Shown in pieces: positions 36,722 to 47,123 of a stretch of 64,000 nucleotides of DNA. The notes under the pieces were generated by a model. It was not told the DNA's origin. It did not search any database and worked only from the letters and a program-made list of their open reading frames with translations. Position 1 is the first letter of the stretch, and each line of letters opens with the position of its first letter. A program made the translations under genes and the position numbers. Origin of the DNA: Zancudomyces culisetae HAW-14-8 (taxonomy: Eukaryota > Fungi > Kickxellomycota); contig JBNJNM010000013.1 in NCBI GenBank assembly GCA_052426225.1, positions 1,364,001 through 1,428,000 on the forward strand, in the 5' to 3' direction.

Positions 36722-39529
36722 TCAGGCGTCTTGTTGTTCAACTCTGGCTGATCTAATCAGTTTCAAAAACACTTCTTCCAAGCTTGTCTGACTCATTCCC
36801 CAGGCACTAACGTACTTCTGATCAGATAAATCAGTCATGCTTGAAGATCCCGACTCAGAGCCAACGGATCGTGATGGAGTGAAGGGAACCTGGTGAGCCT
36901 CCAACCACTCCACAAATAGAGGAACTAGTTCTGCAGCTTGTACCTCATCAACTGGAAGGTTGTAAATAAGAGAGCCTGCCGAGTCATCTTCAAGTACTGA
37001 CATGGGGAACTTCTCAGAAACAAGTTTTTTGACAGTTTCTACATGCTGTGGATTCGATACCACCATGGAAAATCTGTATCCAAGACCAAATTTGGATTTC
37101 AACCTGATGGAATTTCCCAGAGCCTTTAGTTTTCCATGGGCCATGACTGCTACTCTATCAGACAATACGTCGGCTTCTTCCATAGAATGGCTGGTCAAAA
37201 TAATGACACGACCCTTCTTGAACCTCTCCAAGTATCTCCAAACATGTCTTCTGTTAACAGGATCCATACCCGTTGTTGGTTCATCAAAAAATACAACCTT
37301 GGGGTTTCCTATAGTTGCAATCAACACAGAAAGTCTACGTTTCATTCCACCAGAGTATGTGCGACTAGGTCTGTTCCTGACGTTGTATAACTTTACAGCG
37401 TTGAGTCCAGATTCAACCAGAGCGTTGATTTCAGAATTTGGTATGTTTTTAAGGCCCGCATACAATTTGATATGTTCTACAGCACTCAGTTCGTCAAATA
37501 ATATATCATGTTGTGGGCAAATTCCAAAGATACGACGGAGTGAGCGTTGATCACCCAGGGGGTAGTCATATAAAAGTGCATCTCCTGCTGACTTTGGCAT
37601 CATTCCACTAAGAATATTCATTGTTGTTGATTTACCAGCTCCGTTTTGGCCTAGCAGTGCTAAAACTTGTCCTTCTTTAATTCCAAAGCACAATGAGTTC
37701 ACAGCAGTAAACTTCTTACGATTTAAAAATCCGCTTCTGAATACCTTTTTCAAATCAAGAACACGTAGTCCATAGTTGACTGTTGGGTCCCTAACACTCT
37801 CTCTTTCTGCCGATACGTCAGTATCTTCACCTTCAACTGGAGCATCGGGTTCTGGGAGTGACTTAATCCAGGATTGTACAGAGACAGAGTCACCTTTTCT
37901 AGAAGAGATAAACAGCTTGTAGTAGTATCTGGGATCCAGGAAGAATAGCATACTTTCTCTGACACCATATTCATTTGGAACCACATTATCGGCATAAACC
38001 AGCAACACAAAGTAAATTGCAAGATTTAGAAGCATGTAGTAATAGAAGGTTACTGGGGCGGGAACAGGTGGCGATACACCGGATACATCTAGGGATGGAA
38101 TGTATTGGCTAGGCAAGGGGTTGTACAAGTCGCTAAACTTAAATCCAGGACCACTAACATATGTTCCTGTAAGAGAGTTCAAACTACCAGCTGATAGTTG
38201 CGAAATCTGGATAAACAAAACCCCAAAGTTGAAAAATGGCAAAATTGTCGTAAATAGTCTTTTAAATACCGGGGTGGTTGAATCCGCCCACCAGATAAAC
38301 GTGAATGTTGCATTACCAAACAATGATCCCATAAGTATCAATCCAACCACACACACGTATACTCCTGTCAACACTGCTGCTTGGGTGCTTCTGATAACTG
38401 CGCAAATAAAAAATGCTAACATCAACATTGACAGATTAAAAATATAAAAGGTGAAGAACATTGCGAAGAAATTGGAGTTCGTAAAGGCGGCAAATCCAAG
38501 TGCATAACTCATTCCCATTGTAACCAACACGCAAAAGAATTCCAGTACTGCATATGCTAAATACCAACTGAGCCAGTACACTTCTGAACGCAATCCCACA
38601 ACCTGCATAGCTTCACGGAGTTTTTTCTCTTTTTCACCAACTATCATCATCAAAACGTTAATGAATATAACCATCTGTGCACTAAAGAAAAACATGGGCC
38701 CCAGAGATGAGATTATAAGATCACCAGATGATTTTGGAGGTACTTTAGGCCAGTCCTTCAAAGTTACATCTATGTTGGCATCCTTGTTTCCTGAATATCC
38801 AATAATTGCTTCGTCTAATCCTCTCATAATTCCCAAAACTCTAGTGTTGTATGGTGAAGTTCCATTTCTTTGCACAGTTGTATTGTACCATAGTTGATAC
38901 TTGAATTGGTTATCGTTTCTGTTTACCTCAAAGGATACAGCAAAAGCAGTGGTATTTGGATTATACAATACATAGTCGTATACAAATTGTGTATCCGGAA
39001 CACTCACTACACCATATTTTCTTTTTGGACTGTCTTGCACTCCCAAGTCAAAAGCACCTTCATAGCGAATCGCATTGCTACTATCACTATTCAGTCCACT
39101 TCGTTGCATATTTTTGTTGGCGAATCGTTGCATAATCGCATCAGTGTCGGAATTGGATGGTGTGTACATCATGTTTATACAAGAACTACTTCTTGTTTCA
39201 CCTTGACAGTTATCTAACGGACCAAGATCATAGGTGCCAGGATGATCTATGGCTCGCAATACTTTAGCATCCAAAGCTTTTTGAAGACCGTATAGGAGCA
39301 ACATAAATACTACAGGACCTAGAACAACTTGACAAAAAGTGCTGACATAAGATTTTCTGAGCAGCGTGAAGTTTCTTACCAACATTATACGTAGTTGTTT
39401 GAGGAAAGAGGCAATGTAGCTGAGCTCTTTTGGCTTCGTCATCGCGAATGACTTGATACTTTCTTCGTACTCGCGAGTAACACTCCCCCCATATTTCTCG
39501 TCTTTGATTAAGTCTCTACTGTCGTCCAT
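36722..39529 (-). CDS. ABC transporter, subfamily A, half-size (one TMD plus one NBD)
   Basis: ABCA motifs IVGEKEKKLREAMQVVGL and YWLSW, Walker A LLGQNGAGKST, GICPQHDILF, signature YSGGMKRRLS, Walker B FFDEPTTGMDP, LTSHSMEEAD, LKSKFGLGY, TSLEEVFLKL. Confidence 0.93.
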   Translation of the reverse strand: MDDSRDLIKDEKYGGSVTREYEESIKSFAMTKPKELSYIASFLKQLRIMLVRNFTLLRKSYVSTFCQVVLGPVVFMLLLYGLQKALDAKVLRAIDHPGTYDLGPLDNCQGETRSSSCINMMYTPSNSDTDAIMQRFANKNMQRSGLNSDSSNAIRYEGAFDLGVQDSPKRKYGVVSVPDTQFVYDYVLYNPNTTAFAVSFEVNRNDNQFKYQLWYNTTVQRNGTSPYNTRVLGIMRGLDEAIIGYSGNKDANIDVTLKDWPKVPPKSSGDLIISSLGPMFFFSAQMVIFINVLMMIVGEKEKKLREAMQVVGLRSEVYWLSWYLAYAVLEFFCVLVTMGMSYALGFAAFTNSNFFAMFFTFYIFNLSMLMLAFFICAVIRSTQAAVLTGVYVCVVGLILMGSLFGNATFTFIWWADSTTPVFKRLFTTILPFFNFGVLFIQISQLSAGSLNSLTGTYVSGPGFKFSDLYNPLPSQYIPSLDVSGVSPPVPAPVTFYYYMLLNLAIYFVLLVYADNVVPNEYGVRESMLFFLDPRYYYKLFISSRKGDSVSVQSWIKSLPEPDAPVEGEDTDVSAERESVRDPTVNYGLRVLDLKKVFRSGFLNRKKFTAVNSLCFGIKEGQVLALLGQNGAGKSTTMNILSGMMPKSAGDALLYDYPLGDQRSLRRIFGICPQHDILFDELSAVEHIKLYAGLKNIPNSEINALVESGLNAVKLYNVRNRPSRTYSGGMKRRLSVLIATIGNPKVVFFDEPTTGMDPVNRRHVWRYLERFKKGRVIILTSHSMEEADVLSDRVAVMAHGKLKALGNSIRLKSKFGLGYRFSMVVSNPQHVETVKKLVSEKFPMSVLEDDSAGSLIYNLPVDEVQAAELVPLFVEWLEAHQVPFTPSRSVGSESGSSSMTDLSDQKYVSAWGMSQTSLEEVFLKLIRSARVEQQDA

Positions 39530-41002
39530 TGTTGTGAACTGCTTATACCGCTATAGAGTGTTAGATTTTATTTCTGTTCGTTTCATTCACAAATGTATAT
39601 GTAGTCTCTTTGCGCAAACTTTTTAGAATACTTTGAATATACTGTCTTCTTTTTTATGTTTGTTTTTCAGTTCTGCAAATCAGTTGTTATTTATTGGGTG
39701 AAATCTCTGAATGTGCTAATAAATCTGTTGGGCATATAATCTCATATGTTTTTTTAACGTAACATTGTTTAATTTGACCCAAGCTGCGTCTTTCTATTTG
39801 CTAAATTTGTCTGTAAAAAGTTTTTTCTATTTTTTTCTATTTTTTTTTGTTTTGAAGTGCCTTTTCATTTAACCCCCTTATTAATTTCAGGATCTAGCAA
39901 AACAAACAAAAATAGACACATTTCTAGCCTCTCATTTTATCAACGTTGCTCACTTAGATGTGATTTGAGCAATTACACAATTACTCACCAATTAATGTTT
40001 TAAGATGATTGGTGCTGTTTTAATCAGCTTTTTTTAAAATCTGAATTTACAAATTTGAGTTTCTTTTTTATGTTTTGCCGAGAGCACTTGGAAATTAAAA
40101 ATAACTTGTAAAGTCACAAAATATTCACAGTTTAGTATTTTGTCAACACTTTCGGATTCACGCTAGTAAATAACAATAATGTCTGGATAGGAAGGGATGT
40201 GAAATTAGGTTTGCTTTTCTAGAAAAAATCCTAATAGATTTACATTTGAAGAACATTGGCCAACAGGAAATATTTGCCAAGAAAACAACACCCAAACTTT
40301 GGCATAAACAAAATTTCTCACTTTTCGTCTTTACGTACTGTTCTTTCATCCATCATAAAGTTATCGTGTTTTTGTAATCTATATTGGAGATTATTAGGCT
40401 CTCTGGTTCAGACACCCATTACTAAGACTTGTGGTAATATGAATATTTACCTCAGCAAAATCTTAAAACGGAGTGTATACCGCCATTTGGATGTTGTATA
40501 CTATATGAATGCCTTGTTTGTATTCCAGTAGACAAATTCACATAGCCGAGAATCTTTGTAAACGTAAATTGAGTTTATCTCCACGTTTGCACACATGATT
40601 TATGTATATAATTTGACACTTGTGTGTTTCAGTTAGTAAAAGTTCACATTTTATTTTTGGTATAAATATACTTGGCATTGTGGTGATGGGTTCATGGTGT
40701 TATTTACAAGGCTACACACGAGTTTATTGACCAGTGAGGTAGATATGATATGTCTAGATTTCACGTGTAATCTACACAACTTTAAGCAAAACCCGATGTC
40801 TTCATATCACTACAAAAACCTGTGCTTTTCTAAAGAACGGTGTTTATTTTACAATTGCTCCTTTTTACATTTTAACTTTGTCCCGATATGTGACAAAGTC
40901 AAGCCACTTGATAGAAAAAAAAGAAGCAGAAAATAATGTGATAGTACAGTTAGGTAGCAAACAAAATATCACCACTAGCTGAATAGCTTGGTAAACGGAA
41001 TT

Positions 41003-41592
41003 CTAACAGAAACGTGACTTTCTTATGGACTCCAAAGCCTCAATTATGTCCGCTTCCCAGAAGCCCATCTCATAATCAACTAAGCCATAGCAAGCCAATG
41101 ATTCGCTCCATCCAATAACACATTCCTGCAGTTTATCGATATATCCTGGGCTTAGCAGCGCTTTCCCAGCATCATCGGCTGATGCATGTTCAAGTGCAAA
41201 CAACCAGCATTGATTTAGGGCCCGCCAGACGCCTGCTCTGTCAAATCCCTCATATACAGTGTTTTCTTGTGCTAAACCTTTGATATTGTATAATAAAAAA
41301 AACATAAATGGATAAAAATTCACATATAATAAGCTCAAAGAGAGCGATAAATGCCAATAATCGGAAAGCACTTTCCGTCACTGGGCTCCAAGACTTTCAC
41401 ATTATTAGATTTTGACACCTTACCTAGCTGTTCAAGGTTATTTACAATGTTTTTTGTAATTTCAATTAGTAATTCGAAGCTAGTTTGATATTTTTGGTCG
41501 CTTATACCATCGATTACTTTTTTGAAATCGGCCTGAATGATCGCAAACTTGCTTCGAAGTTCCTTTATATCGATTCCCTTGTTAGATCCCAT
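41003..41592 (-). CDS. Conserved fungal hypothetical protein; exons 41592-41424 and 41277-41003
   Basis: Two ORF-track fragments join in frame through intron 41423-41278 (GTAAGG...CAAAG), giving ...NLEQLG|LAQEN...WRALNQCWLFAL...YGLVDYEMGFWEADII (~147 aa). A CTAAT...TAG just before the ATG suggests an upstream intron is possible. Confidence 0.65.
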
Positions 41593-42053
41593 CTATCGCA
41601 TATTAGTTGTATCGGCTGCTTTTTTTTTGTAAAAAAAAACAAAAAACTACAAGTCCTTGAGAGTTTCTATTTTTTTAATTTTAGTTGGATGTAGTCATGT
41701 TATACCAGAGTAAACAGCACACTTGAATCGAGATTCTATGGATATTCAATCAAACATTTATTTTTGTTGATATTTTATAACGGCTTTTATTGGACATGTT
41801 GATAGAAAAATTTTTTTACACTCGAGATTACGCTCTAGGATGCAAGAATCATGATAGTTTGGGGTAATTTGGTCAGCATTGGTGGCAGTTATTTCAAGTC
41901 GTAAAGTCGGATATGAGAAATACAATTGCCAGCCAAAGTTACCACTACCCTAATTTATAAACGAATTTGAGCAAAGATATTTTGATTCTTTGTTACTTGA
42001 CGAATTCAATAATATTCACATAATTATAAACTCAATAGAAAAACACATACAAC

Positions 42054-42572
42054 ATGGCACTTGTAAACACTCCTTCAAAGTACATGAAAGTTGTACAAGA
42101 ACTGAGCACAGGACTTGGAGCTATCAAATTAAATAGTAATGTCAAGGGGATTACGATTAAGTACTGCAATAAAACTAGGTCATACGGCGCAAGGTATGTA
42201 TTGGTTACTCATATCTAACCTACTGCTAAACCATATTATTTAGGACTGAGCACACAAATATGTGTATTGAATTTTAATTGTACTTGCATTAATAGACATT
42301 TTTGGCGAAAGGAGATGCCAAAGCTAAAATTCCAAAATCCAGATATCAATTTCAACGTGATTTTAGTAGAGGAAAAGATCAAACCATTGATGATTCTAGA
42401 TTTTGGTAAGTACTATATACTTTTAATCAATAATGGGAATTTTAAACTTTCTAAAAATTGACAGCATTCTTACAAAAATATAAACTTCTAAATAGCGAAT
42501 ACAACAAAGGAGTTGGATATTTCGGGAATGGATTCTGAAGGGGTGTTTAACAAATTGATTAATAGTTTGTAA
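42054..42572 (+). CDS. MRP49: Mitochondrial ribosomal protein Mrp49-like (L51/S25/CI-B8 domain); exons 42054-42193, 42296-42405, 42496-42572
   Basis: Spliced product (108 aa): MALVNTPSKY...STGLGAIKLNSNVKGITIKY...YGARHFWRKEMPKLKFQNP...KELDISGMDSEGVFNKLINSL*. Canonical introns GTATGT...ATAG and GTAAGT...ATAG keep the frame. Confidence 0.8.
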
Positions 42573-44414
42573 ACCGGGCGTTTATTAGCTTTATAAACGT
42601 AAAAACTTGACGTACCTGTGATGGCAGGGTTGGATCGTGGTACTCTTACAACTGTCTTTTACACCGATAGAATCTTAATTAAAAAATCAGTTGTTTGTTT
42701 CTAGGATAGATAAGGGGCATCCTTTTTGATTTTTATTTATTTTCGTACTAATATTGAACATTTGTGTGTGCAAAAAATCGTAAATATATTTATTGCTCAC
42801 AGTTTCTAATGACAACAGAGATAGCTAGGGGCTCCTTTTCAACAACAAAGGGTTTAATGTGCTTTGTACTTACTATGGGCTTATCAATGTTGACGATGTG
42901 CATTTTTTATGATGTACTTATTTATTTTGTTTTGACTTTGTGTAATAACACAGAACCAAGAAAATAAAATATAGGATGTTAGATTGTGATGGCATTCAGG
43001 TACTGTGTGCGTAAAAGTGCAACAAAGTGCAGCAATACTCCTTAAAGGCGGGGTTACTTTAGGCGACATCACAATTGGGATTATGTTCAGCGACATGTGT
43101 AGACTAGAGGAACCACAACACAGAGATATGCCTTAAGTGTTTTGGTGGTTCCAGTTTAAGTTCTAGGAAGAAATGAGGGGAGAGAGATAGCATATTTTCC
43201 GCTAAAACACATAACACATAACACATTTGATCCTTTTTGGGTTCTTGTGTCAACTACAACTAATAGTTGAATGAGTGGTTCGACATTATAGTCAACCTTT
43301 TTTTGTTTGGTTTGTTTGTTTGTTTTTTTCATTTTCTAAAATCTGCTATATGAGTTTACTCTTCATATAAAGAAAGCTTGGATAGCGAGATAGTTACAAG
43401 TGATATGTTGGATACTAGGAAGAATACGATTCTGTTTTGGTTTTGAACTTTACAAACAAGCTTCTTTTATTATGATGTAGCAAGAATGTCCAAGTAGCAT
43501 TGCATGTATCAACCCACAATAAGAAATAAAGATATAAAACTCGACAGCAAAACATGAATACTTATTATATAAACAATTAACCAAGAATGGGTCTAGAAAA
43601 ATAGTATTAAAACAATCACTTGAGTTTTGGTGCTTTTTTTTCGCTTTCACTTTTCAATGAATAATTAGTTGCAACCACGCAGCAAATACCTGGCTATCTT
43701 ATTCTTGTCAAATAATCAATGTAAATGTTAACATTTGCAGTAGTTTTTTCTCCTCGTGATTAGCTATCGCTTGGAATGTTGGTAAAATGAGTGAAGGGGA
43801 GTCAAAAATAAATAAAATAAAATAAAATAAAATAACCGACTAATGTTATTCGAGCAGAAAACCTAGGAAACTGAACAATCCATTCATGCCTTTTATATTT
43901 TTAATGTGGATGCATCTAATTAAGGTGCATATTGTAATGCTTGAAAGCCAAATTTGCGATTTATTTGGTTTCATTATTTTTTTGAATACCTTTCGAGTAG
44001 AATGTTCAATTAATATGAGATCAAACAAATTACTTTAACATTTCAACATAACACTAATATAAGCATTGAAACCGATAAATCTGCTTATAGTAAACAGTAA
44101 AAATATAGAAAGAATACTAAACTGGCGGGAAATAAAGAATATAAACAATAAACGTCAAATTCCAGCTCATAAGGTCTTTTTTTTCCGAACAAATCCTTGT
44201 AATTTACTTTGACACAATTAAAGTATCGAGAAAAAGAAAAACTACCAAAACAACTAAATCATTTGGTGAAACTCATAGCGTTTATAAGCTGCAGAAGGTT
44301 ATCAGCAGCGCACGAAAAGTTACATATAGAAAGTGCTATGTAGTGGTGAAGGCCAAACTACTACCTTATTTAAGAGCAGAAAACATATAAATAAAGCCAC
44401 TAAAAGTAAAAGAA

Positions 44415-46730
44415 ATGATACAGAGAGCAGAACGAGAGATACAGGAGGATAACGGTAATTTTAAAAGCGTTAGCAGTAGCGAAAGGTTAATAGGTAGAAT
44501 GCGGCCAGTCAACAAACACATGATACTAAATAAGAAGCTAAATGAAAGTAGTGAAAACGTACAAAAAAGAGGCTGGGGAATGGGGGGAGATGGCTTTGTA
44601 GTAACGAGGAGAGATGGGCAAGATGCTAAAGACCTGGAACGCGAGTTCAAAGGGCTTGGCATAAGAAAATTCAATCTATCTGATAGTGATAGCTATAATT
44701 TCGACAGGAGTATGGGAGGAAGTTTAATAAAGCCACAAACGAGTAAAGAGGTGCTTGTGAATACTACTCTTAGAGAATCACTTAAAAAGATTCCATATAT
44801 GAAACAAGAAGACGAAGCGGACAAAACAAGAGAAGCAGAAGAAGAGGGCGAGTACGACGACGACGATGAGGAGGACGAGGACGAGAATGAGGGAGGGATA
44901 AAACTAAAATCTAGATTGAATATAAATATACAAAATAGAGATTTTGAATCTCATCGAAATTGTAATAGTAGTAATCAGGAAGAGCAGTATGAATATAAGG
45001 AACGAAAAAGAGCAGAAGGTGGTGCATATAAGAAAATTGAAGATGTGACAGGAGGGAAAGACTTGGGTTTGCGTAAAGAGCTGAAAATAGATATAAAGTA
45101 CAAAACGGCAAAGGATAATGTGCGTACAAACTACAGTAGCAACTACAACAATAATAATATTGTAATAAAAAATGGTAGCAGTAGTAGTAGTCATAGTTAT
45201 GCGAACAAAATTGGGGCGAGTACTGTTGGAGGAAGTAGTATGCCAGTTTATAACAACAGTGTTAGTCAAAATACTCAATCTAGTCGAGGAATAAGACCAG
45301 TAACTAGCTTAAACAGCTTAAGCAGTTTAAATACCATTGGTAGTCTCAATAACAGCGGAATAAGCGTAGGTAAAGACGGTGTAAAAGATGCAGAAGAGGA
45401 ATTATCGATATCAGAGTTGGTAAACAGAAGAAACAATGGCCGAGCTATGCCAGTACGGCGAGAGATGGGGAAAGAAAGGCCAAAAGTACCAATAGCAACA
45501 CACCCAAGGTATGTTAATAATGGAAAAACAGATGGCAGCGCAAAGGAGGGTGAAGCAATAAGTGGTGAGCGAGCACGATGGGAATATGCCAATAGGCTGA
45601 GTCGGTATGAACAAGAAGAGATTGTACAGTACAATCGAGTATACTGCATTCGACGGGCGCGACTCCGCATTCCACCAGCAGGAGGCGTGGCGAATGGTGG
45701 CTTTGACGATGAAAATGGCGATTACATAATGCAGCGAGGAGAGGTTATAGTGTATAGGTATGAGGTCGAAGAAATACTGGGGAAAGGTTCATTCGGCATA
45801 GTTGCGCGGTGCTTAGATCATCGCACAGGCGAACGTGTAGCTGTTAAGATGGTTAAAAACAGGCGGCGATACCAGCAACAGGCGGCTATCGAAGTCAAAC
45901 TGCTCGTCTGTCTACGACGATGGAATACAGGTCCTGATGGTTCTAGACATACAGGAATGCTTAAAATTCTAGACAGCTTTATGTTCCGTAATCATCTATG
46001 TATTGTTACCGAGCTTCTCTCTATCAATTTATATGAGTGGCTCAAGCTGACCAAGTTTCGTGGCCTGCCCTTGCCTGTTGTACGTTCTGTCGCCACTCAG
46101 GTTTTGCGTGCCTTGGTTCTTCTATCTACTCACAATATTATCCATTGCGATCTCAAGCCCGAAAACATCCTCAAAGTGTCTCCCCAACCAAATGACTGCA
46201 CCATCACCATCATTGACTTTGGCTCTTCGTGCTTTGTATCCGATCGCATCTACACTTACATCCAATCCCGCTTTTACAGAGCCCCTGAAGTCATCTTAGG
46301 CTTATCCTATGGTTTACCTATCGACATGTGGAGTCTTGGCTGTATTCTTTACGAACTTTGCTGTGGAACACCCTTGTTTTCTGGCGAGAATGAGCGTGTT
46401 CAGGTTCGAAACTTTGCAAATGTTCTTGGCTTTCCTCCTTCTTACCTACTCAACAGCTCTCCACGTCGTGCTGAGTTTGCCTCTTGCTTCGTTCCGCCTC
46501 ACCAGAGCCATCGTCATTCTCGCTCTTCCCTTTCTCATCTTATACTCTCCAACCCAAACATCATTGCATCCTTAAACTCTTCTACCTCAAACCCTTTACT
46601 CAGTTCTAGGAAACACGATTTCTTGATGTTATTTTTAGACTTTTTATCCAAAGTTTTGGTTTGGGATCCCATGCAGCGTCTACGACCCGAAGATGCGTTG
46701 CTACATCCATTTATTACCACACAAATTTAA
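44415..46730 (+). CDS. DYRK-family dual-specificity kinase (DYRK2/Pom1-like)
   Basis: DH-box FDDENGDY, GKGSFG, VAVKMV, HCDLKPENIL, DFGSSC, activation loop YTYIQSRFYRAPEVILG, IDMWSLGC. Confidence 0.92.
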   Translation: MIQRAEREIQEDNGNFKSVSSSERLIGRMRPVNKHMILNKKLNESSENVQKRGWGMGGDGFVVTRRDGQDAKDLEREFKGLGIRKFNLSDSDSYNFDRSMGGSLIKPQTSKEVLVNTTLRESLKKIPYMKQEDEADKTREAEEEGEYDDDDEEDEDENEGGIKLKSRLNINIQNRDFESHRNCNSSNQEEQYEYKERKRAEGGAYKKIEDVTGGKDLGLRKELKIDIKYKTAKDNVRTNYSSNYNNNNIVIKNGSSSSSHSYANKIGASTVGGSSMPVYNNSVSQNTQSSRGIRPVTSLNSLSSLNTIGSLNNSGISVGKDGVKDAEEELSISELVNRRNNGRAMPVRREMGKERPKVPIATHPRYVNNGKTDGSAKEGEAISGERARWEYANRLSRYEQEEIVQYNRVYCIRRARLRIPPAGGVANGGFDDENGDYIMQRGEVIVYRYEVEEILGKGSFGIVARCLDHRTGERVAVKMVKNRRRYQQQAAIEVKLLVCLRRWNTGPDGSRHTGMLKILDSFMFRNHLCIVTELLSINLYEWLKLTKFRGLPLPVVRSVATQVLRALVLLSTHNIIHCDLKPENILKVSPQPNDCTITIIDFGSSCFVSDRIYTYIQSRFYRAPEVILGLSYGLPIDMWSLGCILYELCCGTPLFSGENERVQVRNFANVLGFPPSYLLNSSPRRAEFASCFVPPHQSHRHSRSSLSHLILSNPNIIASLNSSTSNPLLSSRKHDFLMLFLDFLSKVLVWDPMQRLRPEDALLHPFITTQI

Positions 46731-47123
46731 TTCTCCAACCAGCTCCGCTCTTGTATTTTGTATTTTTTTTCCCTTTTTCACTTCAGAATTTATGATTGTT
46801 ATCACTATTACTAATTTATTCAATACCACTATTCCTTTAATATCACTATTACTATGTTATTTCCTATATCTATAATTATATTTACACTTTACCTATTCCA
46901 TTTCATCTATACACCTCTAGATATAGTAGAATAGACCAAAAAAAAAATTCAAAAAAAAGATCCAATAATCATACAAACAATTAAAAGTCATAAAAACGCA
47001 AATTTTAAATCAAGTCATGTAAATGAATGTCTACAGTGGTATAAACCTGGTTAAGTTTGCATATTGATAAAACTGCTATTCTAAATTCAAGGGCTTTAAT
47101 ATGTATTTAAAAACTCTGCAAGT

